Positions 27,503 to 37,440 of a DNA stretch of 64,000 nucleotides are shown in pieces. The notes under the pieces are model-generated. The model worked only from the letters and a program-made list of their open reading frames with translations. It ran no database searches and had not been told where the DNA came from. Position 1 is the first letter of the stretch. The number at the start of each line of letters is the position of its first letter. The translations under genes were made by a program, and so were the position numbers. Location of the stretch: contig DAIUAM010000004.1 in the NCBI GenBank assembly GCA_036847185.1, positions 24,861 through 88,860 of the forward strand. The letters run 5' to 3'. Source of the stretch: Actinomycetota bacterium. Its GTDB lineage: Bacteria; Actinomycetota; UBA4738.

Positions 27503-27523
27503 TCCCCGGTCAAGGTTCGGGGA
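27503..27523 (+). terminator. Weak hairpin (TCCCCG-gtcaaggtt-CGGGGA) after the secreted-protein gene.
   Basis: A 6-bp GC stem read from the sequence. It lacks a T-tract. Confidence 0.25.
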
Positions 27524-27548
27524 TACCCCTGCGTATACTCGCCGGGCG

Positions 27549-29537
27549 ATGGGCGTTTCCCCTGCTCAGCGGCGCGACGAGCCCTGGATCTTCCGCACCT
27601 ACGCCGGCTTCGCCACGCCGGCGCACACGAACGAGCGGTTCAAGGCGAACCTCGCCAAGGGCCAGACGGGCCTGTCGGTGGCGTTCGACCTGCCGACCCA
27701 GTGCGGGTACGACGCGGACGACGAGCTCTCCCTGGGCGAGGTCGGCAAGGTCGGGGTGCCCATCGGCCACCTGGGCGACCTGCGGACGGTCTTCGACGGG
27801 ATCCCGCTGGACCGGATGAACACGTCGATGACCATCAACGCCACCGCGCCGTGGCTGCTCGCGCTGTACGTGGCGGCGGCCGAGGAGCAGGGGGCCACGC
27901 GCCAGGCGCTGGCCGGCACCACCCAGAACGACATCCTGAAGGAGTACCTGTCCCGGGGGACGTATGCGTTCCCGCCGAAGCCCTCGCTCCGCCTCACCGC
28001 CGACCTCATCACGTGGACGTATCAGCAGGTCCCTCGGTGGAACCCGATCAACGTCTGCTCGTATCACCTCCAGGAGGCCGGCGCCGACCCGGTGCTGGAG
28101 GTCGGGTTCACGCTGGCCAACGCCATCTCCGTGCTCGACGCGGTGCAGGCCACCGGACGCATCCCGGAGGACGAGTTCCCTGCGCTGGTCGGGCGCATCT
28201 CGTTCTTCGTCAACGCCGGCATCCGGTTCGTCGAGGAGATGGCGAAGATGCGGGCATTCGTCTCGCTGTGGGACCGGGTGTGCCGGGAGCGGTACGGCGT
28301 CCAAGACCCCAAGCTGCGGCGGTTCCGGTACGGCGTCCAGGTCAACTCGCTCGGCCTCACCGCGCAGCAGCCGGAGAACAATGTCTACCGGATCCTCCTG
28401 GAGATGCTGGCCGTGACGCTGTCGAAGGACGCCCGGGCCCGGGCCGTCCAACTCCCGGCGTGGAACGAGGCGCTGGGCCTTCCCCGGGCGTGGGACCAGC
28501 AGTGGTCGCTCCGCGCCCAGCAGATCCTGGCCTACGAGACCGACCTGCTCGAGCACGACGACCTCTTCGCGGGCTCCCCGGTCGTGGCAGGACTCCAGGA
28601 GCGCATCGAGACCGAGGCGTGGGGGGAGTTGGGGCGGGTCCAGGACGCCGGCGGAAGCGTGGAGGCCCTTGCGTACATGAAGGAGCGGCTCGTGGCGAAG
28701 CTGGCCGAACATCTCCGCCTGATCGAGACGGGCGACCTTCGGATCGTCGGCGTGAACACCTTCATGGAAGGCGAACCGTCACCGCTGGCCCTGGGCCTGG
28801 GCGAGGGCCTCAGCTCCATCGAGCGGATCGAGCAGGAGACCGAAGACGAACAGCGGGCGGCGCTGGCCGCCTGGCGGAGCGAGCGGGACGAGCACCAGAT
28901 CGTCAAGCTCCTCGACGGATTGCGGCGCGGCGCCGAAGGCGACGAGAACGTCATGGACGCCACGCTGGAAGCCGCCCGGGGCGGCGTGACCACGGGGGAG
29001 TGGGCCGGTGCGCTTCGCGAGGTGTTCGGCTCCTACCGGGGCCCGACCGGAGTCTCGGGGTCGGCGGCCGGCGGTGGTGGCGACCCGGATGCGCTGGAGG
29101 AGGCACGCCGGGCGGTGGGGGACGCGGCCGGCCGCCGCGGTGTCCCGAAGCTCCGCCTGCTGGTCGCCAAGCCCGGCCTGGACGGCCACTCGAACGCCGC
29201 CGAGCAGGTGGCCCTGCGAGCCCGCGATTGCGGGTTCGAGGTCATCTACCAGGGCATCCGGCTCACCCCTCGTGAGATCGCCCGCGCTGCCGTCGACGAG
29301 GACGTCCACGCGATCGGGCTGTCGATCCTCTCGGGCAGCCACATGGTGCTGGTCCCCGCCGTCCTGCGGGCCCTGCAGGACGAAGGCATCGATACGGGCA
29401 GGGTGCCGGTGATCGTGGGCGGCATCATCCCGGAGTCCGATGTCGAACGCCTCCGGGCGGCCGGGGTGAGGAAGGTCGTCACGCCCGGTGGTCCCGACCT
29501 GACCCGCGCCGTCGCGGAGATCGCCTCGCTGATCTGA
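27549..29537 (+). CDS. Fused B12-dependent acyl-CoA mutase (catalytic barrel plus C-terminal cobalamin-binding domain, 662 aa); a methylmalonyl-/ethylmalonyl-CoA mutase family member.
   Basis: IFRTYAGFATPAHTNERF...LSVAFDLPTQCGYD...TINATAPWLLALY is the barrel. The C-terminal LLVAKPGLDGHSNAAEQVALRARDCGFEVIYQGIRLTPREIARAAVDEDVHAIGLSILSGSH is the DxHxxG cobalamin-binding Rossmann domain. Confidence 0.9.
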   Translation: MGVSPAQRRDEPWIFRTYAGFATPAHTNERFKANLAKGQTGLSVAFDLPTQCGYDADDELSLGEVGKVGVPIGHLGDLRTVFDGIPLDRMNTSMTINATAPWLLALYVAAAEEQGATRQALAGTTQNDILKEYLSRGTYAFPPKPSLRLTADLITWTYQQVPRWNPINVCSYHLQEAGADPVLEVGFTLANAISVLDAVQATGRIPEDEFPALVGRISFFVNAGIRFVEEMAKMRAFVSLWDRVCRERYGVQDPKLRRFRYGVQVNSLGLTAQQPENNVYRILLEMLAVTLSKDARARAVQLPAWNEALGLPRAWDQQWSLRAQQILAYETDLLEHDDLFAGSPVVAGLQERIETEAWGELGRVQDAGGSVEALAYMKERLVAKLAEHLRLIETGDLRIVGVNTFMEGEPSPLALGLGEGLSSIERIEQETEDEQRAALAAWRSERDEHQIVKLLDGLRRGAEGDENVMDATLEAARGGVTTGEWAGALREVFGSYRGPTGVSGSAAGGGGDPDALEEARRAVGDAAGRRGVPKLRLLVAKPGLDGHSNAAEQVALRARDCGFEVIYQGIRLTPREIARAAVDEDVHAIGLSILSGSHMVLVPAVLRALQDEGIDTGRVPVIVGGIIPESDVERLRAAGVRKVVTPGGPDLTRAVAEIASLI

Positions 29538-29602
29538 CACCGCTCGCTCGGCCCGCGCACGGTTCTCGGCGAGGCTGGCGTGTCGCGGACGGGCCTGGCC
29601 AG

Positions 29603-30235
29603 CTAGCGCCGTTGCCGGCTGCTCAAGCGCTTCCACAGGAAGCGGCCGAGGATGAACCCGGCCAACGCGCCGAGCGCGATGTAGCCGAATCGCGACAGGA
29701 CCGTGTCGACGAGCTGGATGTGCTGGCCGAAGGCGTACCCGAAGATGGTGATGCCGGTCGCCCACACCGCGATGGCGGGGACGTCGAACAGCAGGAACCG
29801 CCGGTAGGGCATGCGTCCCACGCCGGCCGCGAACGGGACGAATGCCCCCGCGGCCGTGGCGTACCGACCGATGGCGACGGTCTTACCGCCGTGCCGCTTG
29901 AAGTAGCGTTCGGCGTCCTCGAGCTGTCCTTCGAGCCGCCTGACCAGCGGGACGTGGCGGATCAGACCTCTCCCGTACTTGCGCCCCAGCCAGTAGCCGA
30001 TCGTCTCACCGGTCGTGGCGGCCAGCGTCCCGATCACGATCACCAAGGGCAAGGACAGCTTGCCCTTCGACGCGTAGACGCCGCCCAGGGCCAGGATGAC
30101 GTCGCCGGGCACGATCAGCCCGATGAAGATCGAACGCTCCGCGAGCACGGCGGCGGCCACGATCTCGTAGCCGGCGACGGCGAAGGCGGGTTCGACCCAC
30201 TGGACGATCTTCTCCGCGATGGACAGGCCCAGCAC
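29603..30235 (-). CDS. DedA family (VTT/SNARE-associated domain) membrane protein.
   Basis: The reentrant-helix region GLIVPGDVILALGGVYA...GRYATAAGAFVPFAAGVGRMPYRRFLLFDV carries the conserved G and (F/Y)xxxR motifs of DedA proteins. Confidence 0.85.
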   Translation of the reverse strand: MLGLSIAEKIVQWVEPAFAVAGYEIVAAAVLAERSIFIGLIVPGDVILALGGVYASKGKLSLPLVIVIGTLAATTGETIGYWLGRKYGRGLIRHVPLVRRLEGQLEDAERYFKRHGGKTVAIGRYATAAGAFVPFAAGVGRMPYRRFLLFDVPAIAVWATGITIFGYAFGQHIQLVDTVLSRFGYIALGALAGFILGRFLWKRLSSRQRR

Positions 30236-30351
30236 CGGGCCATCGTGTCACCTTTTGCGGGCCCCTCCGGCCGGGTACTAGTCTTGCTCGCGCCCGGGCC
30301 CGGCGCGAGGCCGCGGCCGTGTTCCGGCGACGGCGAATGGAGGTTCCTTCG

Positions 30352-31209
30352 ATGAACCCTGAGGATGTCAGGAAGGTCGGCGTGGTCGGCTGCGGGATCA
30401 TGGGGTCCGGGATCGTGGAGGTCTGCGCCAAGGCCGGCTTCGACGTGACGTTCGTGGAGGTCGACGACGCCAGGGTCGAACGGGGCCGCGTGACGATCGA
30501 GAAGTCGCTCCGCAAGGCCGCGGAGAAGGGGAAGCTCGAGGGCACCCCCGAGGACGTCCTGGCGCGGATCACGGGTTCGACCTCCCTCCAGGACCTGGCC
30601 GGCGCCGACCTGATCATCGAGGCCATCGTCGAGAACCTGCCGGCGAAGAAGGAGACGTTCAACACCCTCGATGGGATCACCAAGCCCGAGGTCGTCCTGG
30701 CCACCAACACGTCGACGCTGTCGATCGGGGAGATGGCGGCCATGACCACTCGCCCCGACAAGGTACTGGGCCTGCACTTCTTCAATCCTCCCGCGATCAT
30801 GAAGCTGCTCGAGATCGTCCGGGGGATCGCCACCTCGGACGAGACGGTCGCGTTCGCCCGCGGCTTCGGCGAGCGGCTCGGCAAGTCGACGGTGCTGGCC
30901 AAGGACCGCGCCGGGTTCATCGTGAACTTCCTACTGATCCCGTACCTGAACGCGGCCGTGCAGATGCTTGACGACGGCCTGGCCAGCCGTGAGGACATCG
31001 ACGCGGGGATCCAGCTGGGGCTCGGTCATCCCATGGGGCCGCTGACGCTGCTGGATCTCATCGGGTTGGACACCGCGGTGCACGCGTCGAATGCGCTGTA
31101 CGACGAGTACAAGGACCCGGTGTACGCGCCGCCACCGCTGCTCAAGCGGATGGTGAGCGCCGGGTACCTGGGCCGGAAGTCCGGCAAGGGCTTCTACGAC
31201 TACGCGTAG
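30352..31209 (+). CDS. 3-hydroxyacyl-CoA / 3-hydroxybutyryl-CoA dehydrogenase (NAD-binding).
   Basis: VGVVGCGIMGSGIVEVCAKAGFDVTFVEVD is the Rossmann fold. ...TNTSTLSI...LHFFNPP...EIVRG and the C-terminal dimerisation domain are present. A GGAGG sits 8 nt upstream of the chosen ATG. Confidence 0.85.
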   Translation: MNPEDVRKVGVVGCGIMGSGIVEVCAKAGFDVTFVEVDDARVERGRVTIEKSLRKAAEKGKLEGTPEDVLARITGSTSLQDLAGADLIIEAIVENLPAKKETFNTLDGITKPEVVLATNTSTLSIGEMAAMTTRPDKVLGLHFFNPPAIMKLLEIVRGIATSDETVAFARGFGERLGKSTVLAKDRAGFIVNFLLIPYLNAAVQMLDDGLASREDIDAGIQLGLGHPMGPLTLLDLIGLDTAVHASNALYDEYKDPVYAPPPLLKRMVSAGYLGRKSGKGFYDYA

Positions 31210-31219
31210 CCGGTTCCGC

Positions 31220-32059
31220 ATGCCGAAGGCGATCGACCTCCACGTCCACCTCCCGATGGACGAGTGGCTCGACCGGGCCCTCGGGCCGCACCTGGAGGCG
31301 ACCGAGCGGTACTTCCGGGCCAAGGTCCCTCGCAGGACCATCGAGGAGGTGGCCGAGGAGTACCGGTCGCGCGACATCCTGGGCGTTGTTCTGGACTGGG
31401 ACGACGAAACGGTCACCGGACGGGGCTGGCTCGGGAACGATTGGCTGGCAACGCTTTCGGCCCGTTTTCCCGGCGCCCTGATGGGCTTCGGCTCGGTCGA
31501 TCCCTACAAGGGCGACGCGGTGGAGGAGGTCCGGCGGGTCCACGACCTGGGCATGAAGGGCCTGAAGTTCCATCCCATCATGCAAGCCTTCCATCCGCAC
31601 GACGAACGCTTCCGCCCGATCTGGGCCGCGGCCGAGGAGCTGGGCCTCGTGTGCCTGTTCCACACGGGCACGTGTGGCATCGCCGCGGGCACTCCGGGAG
31701 CGGGCGGGACGAAGATCGGGTACGCGCATCCGGCGTTCCTGGACTCGCTGGCCGCCGACTTCCCCGGGCTCACGCTGATCGCGGCGCACTTCGGCTGGCC
31801 GTGGTTCCTGGAGTTGCTCGCCTACGCGCTCCACGCGTCGAACATCCACATCGAGCTCTCCGGTTGGGCTCCGGGCTACCTCCCGCCCGAGGTGAAGCGG
31901 GAGATCGGCAAGCGCCTGACCGGGCAGACGCTGTTCGGGAGCGACTACCCTTTCATCGCGCTGGACCGGTGGTTCGAAGAGTTCGAGGCGCTCGGGCTCA
32001 CCGATCAGGCCCGGGAGGCCATCCTGGTCGGGAACGCCACGCGGCTGCTCGGTCTCTGA
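31220..32059 (+). CDS. Amidohydrolase-2 family metal-dependent hydrolase (TIM barrel).
   Basis: AIDLHVHLPMDEW, ...KGLKFHPIMQAFHP..., ...AAHFGWPW and ...LFGSDYPF give the His/Asp metal-ligand pattern of PF04909-type hydrolases. Confidence 0.75.
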   Translation: MPKAIDLHVHLPMDEWLDRALGPHLEATERYFRAKVPRRTIEEVAEEYRSRDILGVVLDWDDETVTGRGWLGNDWLATLSARFPGALMGFGSVDPYKGDAVEEVRRVHDLGMKGLKFHPIMQAFHPHDERFRPIWAAAEELGLVCLFHTGTCGIAAGTPGAGGTKIGYAHPAFLDSLAADFPGLTLIAAHFGWPWFLELLAYALHASNIHIELSGWAPGYLPPEVKREIGKRLTGQTLFGSDYPFIALDRWFEEFEALGLTDQAREAILVGNATRLLGL

Positions 32060-32065
32060 GGTTCG

Positions 32066-32986
32066 TCAACCGGCTGCGCGTCGAAGGAGCCCGCGGACAT
32101 ACCCCCACATCTTCGCAACGTCGACGAACGCCATCATGGGCGGCACGGCGATGACCGCCGCGCTCCGCTCCATGGGCCGCTCGCGCAGCCGCCGCCACGC
32201 GCGCCGCGCCGGCCTCCGCGCATAGGCCGCGGCGCCGAGCGCGCCCGCGCCCAGCAGCCAACGGTTCCGCGTCACCACGGCCAGCAGCACGAACGCGTAC
32301 GTGGCGAACCGGAGCGCATGACGATCCGGATACATGCCGGCCAGAGCGTCACCTTCGGCGTAGCGGGAATACTGCCGCCACGTCGCGGCGAGCGTCGGCC
32401 GCATCCGCCAGCGCGCGACGGCGTCGGTGGCCAGTTCGATCCGATGGCCGGTGCGCAGGAGCTGATGGTTGAAGAACATGTCCTCGCCCACCTCGAGCCA
32501 TTCCGGATACCCACCCGCGGCCTCCCATGCCTCGCGCCGGAAGGCCATGCTGCGCGACGATGGGAGCCAGCCGGGCCGGACCTCCTCGGGCTCGGGGAGC
32601 GAGACCGCGCCGGCCAGGACCTGAAGGAGTGTGTTGCCCAACGGCCGGTAGAAGCCCGCTGAGACGTCGGCACCCGCTTCGATCGGGACCAGCAGGCGCT
32701 CCAGCCAGTCGGGGTCCAGGATGCAGTCGGCGTCGGTGGCGGCGATGACGTCGTGAGCCGCTTCGCGGATCGCCAGGTTTCGCCCGCGGGAGATGTTCGC
32801 ACCAGGCTCGCGCAGGGCCGTGACACCGTCGACCTGCTGCAGCGCCTCCCAGGTGCCGTCGGTCGAGCCGCCGTCCACCACGATCACCTCGTCCGGCCGG
32901 CGGGTCTGCGCCTGCAGGGACGCGGCGAACTCCTCGATGTGGGAGCGGCCGACGTCCTTGACGGTCGAGATGAGCGAGACCTTCAC
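32066..32986 (-). CDS. Glycosyltransferase family 2.
   Basis: VSLISTVKDVGRSHIEEFAASLQAQTRRPDEVIVVDGGSTDGT...ATDADCILDPDWLERL shows the DxD and GT-A fold signatures. Confidence 0.8.
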   Translation of the reverse strand: MKVSLISTVKDVGRSHIEEFAASLQAQTRRPDEVIVVDGGSTDGTWEALQQVDGVTALREPGANISRGRNLAIREAAHDVIAATDADCILDPDWLERLLVPIEAGADVSAGFYRPLGNTLLQVLAGAVSLPEPEEVRPGWLPSSRSMAFRREAWEAAGGYPEWLEVGEDMFFNHQLLRTGHRIELATDAVARWRMRPTLAATWRQYSRYAEGDALAGMYPDRHALRFATYAFVLLAVVTRNRWLLGAGALGAAAYARRPARRAWRRLRERPMERSAAVIAVPPMMAFVDVAKMWGYVRGLLRRAAG

Positions 32987-33043
32987 CGCCCGAATGGTAC
33001 CGACCCGCGAGCGCCGGGACCGAGGCAGCGCCGGCGGGTTCGG

Positions 33044-34165
33044 CTACAGGACCGACTTGTAGGCTTCGAGGGTCAGGCGGGCGGTCTCGTCCCAGGTGAA
33101 CCGTGCCGCCCTGGTCCTGCCGGCCTCGCCGAGCCGTGCGGCCAGGTCCCGGTCGGTGGTCACGCGCTCCAACGCCTCGGCCAGCGCGCCCGTCGATCGC
33201 GGGTCGACCGGGACCGCCGCCTCCCCCGCCACCTCGGGCAGAGAGGACGACGTCGAAACGATCGTCGGCACCCCTCGCGCCATCGCTTCCAGCACCGGTA
33301 GGCCGAAGCCCTCGTAGAGCGACGGATAGACGAACGCGTCCGCCGCTCGGTACAGCGCGTCGAGTTCGTCCGGTGGTACCCGGCCGGTCAGAACGATATC
33401 GCCCGGCGCCTCGCCCGTTTCGATCTCGTGCAGCAGCGACTGCGAGCCCCACCCCATCGGACCGGCCAGGACCAGGGTATGGGGCGCGCCCCGGCCGGCC
33501 ATCCGACGGTAGGCTCGAACCAGGCGGACGAGGTTCTTCCGCGGCTCCAGCGTGCCCACCGACAGCACGTACGGCGGGCGGACCTTCAGTCGTGCCAGGA
33601 CCGGTTCGACATCGGCGTCACTGTGGGGCAGCGAGGGCGCGAGGGGGGTGACGTGCACCTTCGAGCGGTCGATGCGGGTTCGCCGGATGAGGTCCTCGGC
33701 CGTGTGACGGGACACGGCCAGGATCACGTCGGCGCTTGCGACCGCCCGCCCCAGGCCTGCCCGGTACAGCAGGCGCCACCGCCGCGGGTAGAACGCCGGA
33801 TGCACGACGAACCCGATGTCGTGGATCGTCACGACCAGCCGTTGGTTGGGTCCGGCCGGGGGGATCGCCGCGGGGAGTGGGGTATGCAGGAGGTCCAGCG
33901 CCGCCAACTGTTCGGGCAGGCACGGGCGCTTCGCCAGCGCCCACCCCGGATACAGCGTGCGGATGGGCCGGTCGAGCTCCACGGTCCGGTGCGTCCCGAG
34001 CTCCGGTGGCGGTGGGGCCCCTGGGTCGAACCTCGAATGGAACAGGGTGATGTCGAGTGAGGGGTCGGCGCGGACCAGAGCCGGGATGAGCTCGCGCGCG
34101 TACGAACCCATCCCGCCGGGGATCGGCGCGAACAGCTGGTCGACCAGGAACGCCAGCGAGGTCAT
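33044..34165 (-). CDS. Glycosyltransferase family 4 (GT-B fold).
   Basis: The C-terminus has ADAFVYPSLYEGFGLPVLEAMARGVPTIVSTSSSLPEVAG (the EX7E motif). The N-terminal region binds the acceptor. Confidence 0.8.
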   Translation of the reverse strand: MTSLAFLVDQLFAPIPGGMGSYARELIPALVRADPSLDITLFHSRFDPGAPPPPELGTHRTVELDRPIRTLYPGWALAKRPCLPEQLAALDLLHTPLPAAIPPAGPNQRLVVTIHDIGFVVHPAFYPRRWRLLYRAGLGRAVASADVILAVSRHTAEDLIRRTRIDRSKVHVTPLAPSLPHSDADVEPVLARLKVRPPYVLSVGTLEPRKNLVRLVRAYRRMAGRGAPHTLVLAGPMGWGSQSLLHEIETGEAPGDIVLTGRVPPDELDALYRAADAFVYPSLYEGFGLPVLEAMARGVPTIVSTSSSLPEVAGEAAVPVDPRSTGALAEALERVTTDRDLAARLGEAGRTRAARFTWDETARLTLEAYKSVL

Positions 34166-34166
34166 C

Positions 34167-35387
34167 TCAGACGATCCCCTGGTCGCGGAGCGCCGCCAGC
34201 TCGTCCGCCGTCAGGCCGAGCTCCTGGACGAACACCTGCTCGTTGGCTTCCCCGCGCGGCCTCCCGGTGTGGCGGATCCGACCGGGCGTCGCCGACAGCC
34301 GGGGCTGGACGTCCGCGAACAGCAGGTCCCCGCCCAGTTCGTTGTCGGGCACCCGGGTCAGCGTCCCGCGGGCCCGGTACTGCGGGTCGTCCACGATCTG
34401 GGCGATGTCGAAGATCGGCGCGGCGGCCGCTTGGTGCCGTTCGAACACGGCCATCGCCTCGTCGAGCGTCCGCCCACTCGTCCACGCCACGATGATCTCG
34501 TCCAGCTGGTCGACGTGCCGCAGGCGGGCGGCGTTCGTCGCGAATCGCGGGTCGTGGATCAGGTCGCCACGGCCGATGGCGGCCAGGATCCGTTCGGCGA
34601 TCGCCTGCGAGGTCCCGCTGATCCCGATCCACCGGCCGTCCCTGGTTGGGTACGCGCCCCGCGGCGCCGCGTACGCGATACGACTGCCGATCCGGCCGGG
34701 TACCCCGCCTAGCCGGTCGAACGCCGCGGCGATCGGGCCGGTGAGCTGGAAGAGCGACTCGTACAACGAAAGATCGAGGACCTGCCCGGGGGCGCCCCGC
34801 GTGTCGCGCGCGTACAGGGCGACCATGACGGCGAACGACCCGAGCAGCCCGGTGACCTCGTCGGCCAAGGCGACCGGCGGCAGGACCGGGGGGCCGTCCG
34901 GGAAGCCGGTCATATGCGCGTACCCGGACATCGCCTCGGCCAGCGTGCCGAACCCCGGCCGGCGCCGGTACGGCCCGGTCTGGCCGAAGCCGCTGACCCG
35001 GGCCACGATCAGGCGGGGGTTGGCGTCGAGAAGCCGGTCCGGCGCGAGGTTCCACTTCTCGAACGTCCCGGGGCGGAAGGACTCGACCAGCACGTCGGCG
35101 GTCGCCGCCAGACGGAGAAGCAGGTCCTGGCCCTTGGGGTGGGAGAGATCCAGCGTGACGGGCCGTTTGTTCCGGCCGAGCCACTTCGACCACAGGGTGA
35201 CACCGTCGACCTCCCAGCCCATGGACCGGACCGGATCGCCGACGGTGGGGTGTTCGACCTTGACGACGTCGGCCCCGAAGTCCCCGAGCCGGGCGGCGAT
35301 CCCCGGCCCGGCCACCACGGTCGCCACGTCGAGGACGCGGACGCCGTCGAGTGGGGGTGGTGTCGGTCCTGCGCCGCTCTCCGCCAC
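34167..35387 (-). CDS. Family III CoA-transferase (CaiB/BaiF/Frc type).
   Basis: GVRVLDVATVVAGPGIAARLGDFGADVVKVEHP and ...GRNKRPVTLDL...ADVLVESFRPG are the family III hallmarks. Confidence 0.85.
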   Translation of the reverse strand: MAESGAGPTPPPLDGVRVLDVATVVAGPGIAARLGDFGADVVKVEHPTVGDPVRSMGWEVDGVTLWSKWLGRNKRPVTLDLSHPKGQDLLLRLAATADVLVESFRPGTFEKWNLAPDRLLDANPRLIVARVSGFGQTGPYRRRPGFGTLAEAMSGYAHMTGFPDGPPVLPPVALADEVTGLLGSFAVMVALYARDTRGAPGQVLDLSLYESLFQLTGPIAAAFDRLGGVPGRIGSRIAYAAPRGAYPTRDGRWIGISGTSQAIAERILAAIGRGDLIHDPRFATNAARLRHVDQLDEIIVAWTSGRTLDEAMAVFERHQAAAAPIFDIAQIVDDPQYRARGTLTRVPDNELGGDLLFADVQPRLSATPGRIRHTGRPRGEANEQVFVQELGLTADELAALRDQGIV

Positions 35388-35633
35388 TTACTTCGAATCG
35401 CCGCGGCCCATGAGCTGGTCCGGGGCGATGGGGGAGAAGGCGTGGTAGCGGGCGTCCCACGGGTTGCGGGCGGCGTGGCGGATCTGCAGCGCCCCGAGCC
35501 CGAGCGCCGTGGCCCGGCCGGCCAGCATCCACGGGTTCGGCCGGGCGACGTCGCGGGCGAAGTACTCCTCGAGGGCCGCCTCGACCGCCCGCCGCTGTTC
35601 GGATGTGAGCCCGGGTGGCACCTCGTAGCGCAT
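35388..35633 (-). CDS. Small hypothetical protein (81 aa), 18 nt downstream of the pccB-like gene and directly abutting the CoA-transferase start; an acyl-CoA carboxylase epsilon-subunit candidate by position only.
   Basis: MRYEVPPGLTSEQRRAVEAALEEYFARD... is a clean ORF tail of the otherwise spurious 300-aa track ORF 35388..36290. It is tightly packed between real genes. No family is recognised. Confidence 0.4.
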   Translation of the reverse strand: MRYEVPPGLTSEQRRAVEAALEEYFARDVARPNPWMLAGRATALGLGALQIRHAARNPWDARYHAFSPIAPDQLMGRGDSK

Positions 35634-35650
35634 GTCGTGCACCTCGGCCG

Positions 35651-37339
35651 TCACAGCGGGATGTTGCCGTGCTTGCGGGGCGGGACCTGTTCGCGCTTCG
35701 TACGCAGCACCCGGAGGGCCTGGATCAGGCGGGGCCGGGTCTCGGCGGGCTCGATCACGTCGTCCACATAGCCTCGTTCCGCCGCGGCGTACGGGTTGGC
35801 GAACTGCTCGTCGTACTGGGCGATCAGTTCGGCCCGGCGGGCCTTCGGGTTGGAGGCCTGCTGGATCTCCTTGCGGAAGATGACGTTGACCGCACCCTCC
35901 GAGCCCATCACCGCGATCTCGGCGGTCGGCCAGGCCAGGCTCATGTCGGCGCGGAGGTGCTTGGAGTTCATGACGACGTACGCCCCCCCGTAGGCCTTGC
36001 GGGTGATGATCGTGATGCGCGGGACGGTCGCCTCGGTCCACGCATACAGGAGTTTGGCGCCGCGCCGGATGATGCCGCCGTACTCCTGGGCCGTGCCGGG
36101 GAGGAAGCCAGGGACGTCTTCGAAGCAGATCAAGGGGATGTTGAACGCGTCGCAGAACCGGATGAACCGGGCGGCCTTCTCGCTGGAGTCGTAATCGAGG
36201 GTTCCGGCCAGGACCTTCGGCTGGTTCGCCACCACGCCGACGGACCGGCCGTCCAGCCGGGCGAACCCGATCAGGATGTTCCCGGCCCACAGCGGGAAGA
36301 CCTCGAAGAACTCGCCGTCGTCGACGATCCGGGTGATGACGTCCTTCATGTCGTAGGCCTCGCGCGGGGAGTCGGGGATCAGCGTGTTCAGCGATTCATC
36401 GCGCCGGTCGGGGTCGTCGCGGGGGGCGAAGCTCGGCGGGTCCTCGAGGTTGTTCGCCGGCAGGAAGCTCAGGAGGTAGCGGACCATGTTCAGCGTCTCG
36501 GCTTCGTCGTCGGCGATGAAGCTGGCGATGCCCGACCGGCTGGCGTGGGTGTTCGCGCCGCCGAGCTCCTCGAACGTGACCTCCTCGCCGGTGACGGCCT
36601 TGATGACGTCGGGTCCGGTGATGAACATGTGCGACGTGCCTTTCACCATGAACACGAAGTCGGTGATGGCCGGGGAGTACACCGCGCCGCCCGCGCACGG
36701 TCCCATGATCACGCTGATCTGCGGGACGACCCCGCTGGCCCGGACGTTCCGGTCGAAGATGTAGCCGTAGCCGGCGAGGCTGGCCGCGCCTTCCTGGATC
36801 CGCGCCCCGCCGCTGTCGTTGATCCCGATGACCGGGGCCCCGGTGGCCACGGCGAGGTCCATGATCTTGCAGACCTTCTCGGCGAACACCTCGCCCAGCG
36901 ACCCGCCGAAGACCGTGAAGTCCTGGCTGAACACGAAGACCTTCCGCCCGTCGATCATGCCCCACCCGGTGATCACCCCGTCGGAGTAAGGGCGCTGCCG
37001 GTCGAGCCCGTAGGTCCCCAGCCGGTGGCGGACCAGCGCGTCGGTCTCGACGAAGGAACCGGGATCCAGCAGGAGCTCCAGCCGTTCCCGGGCGGTGAGC
37101 TTGCCACGGGCGTGCTGGCGCTCGATCGCGTCGGCGCCGCCCCCCAGCGCGGCCGCCGCCTTCAGCTGACGGAGCTGCTCGATCCGCTCCTGGCTGGTCG
37201 GGCGACGGTGGGTGCCGCGCAAGTCGCCCTCCTCGGGCGCGACCGCGGCGTCCTCGGAGAGGGAGAGCGTGTCGTCGTCGCCGTCGGGGACCGATTCGGA
37301 CGTGGTTTCCGTCTGGCGCTCCTCTTTCGTGTCCGCCAT
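35651..37339 (-). CDS. Propionyl-CoA carboxylase beta chain-like carboxyltransferase (AccD5/PccB type) with an acidic N-terminal extension of about 48 aa.
   Basis: Motifs: [31 protein letters not shown], ...[13 protein letters not shown], ...[13 protein letters not shown], ...[12 protein letters not shown], and ...AYGGAYVVM. The N-terminus [33 protein letters not shown] is unusual. Confidence 0.9.
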   Translation of the reverse strand: MADTKEERQTETTSESVPDGDDDTLSLSEDAAVAPEEGDLRGTHRRPTSQERIEQLRQLKAAAALGGGADAIERQHARGKLTARERLELLLDPGSFVETDALVRHRLGTYGLDRQRPYSDGVITGWGMIDGRKVFVFSQDFTVFGGSLGEVFAEKVCKIMDLAVATGAPVIGINDSGGARIQEGAASLAGYGYIFDRNVRASGVVPQISVIMGPCAGGAVYSPAITDFVFMVKGTSHMFITGPDVIKAVTGEEVTFEELGGANTHASRSGIASFIADDEAETLNMVRYLLSFLPANNLEDPPSFAPRDDPDRRDESLNTLIPDSPREAYDMKDVITRIVDDGEFFEVFPLWAGNILIGFARLDGRSVGVVANQPKVLAGTLDYDSSEKAARFIRFCDAFNIPLICFEDVPGFLPGTAQEYGGIIRRGAKLLYAWTEATVPRITIITRKAYGGAYVVMNSKHLRADMSLAWPTAEIAVMGSEGAVNVIFRKEIQQASNPKARRAELIAQYDEQFANPYAAAERGYVDDVIEPAETRPRLIQALRVLRTKREQVPPRKHGNIPL

Positions 37340-37440
37340 GGCGCTGCGAGTCTATCCTCCGCGGGCGCCGGGACGGCAATGGGAGGGACTCGGACGGCCC
37401 TCCCGATCGGGATGTCGTAGGCGGTCCGTACGATGCGGCG

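Noticed and set aside
29538-29602. Possible terminator between the convergent mutase and dedA genes
   Set aside because: Only an imperfect inverted repeat (cggcccgcgcac ... gtgtcgcggacgggcc) is present. It is too degenerate to call.
35634-36290. Remainder of the 300-aa ORF 35388..36290
   Set aside because: It is antisense and out of frame to the pccB-like gene and has a nonsense composition. Only the last 81 codons were retained as a possible small gene.
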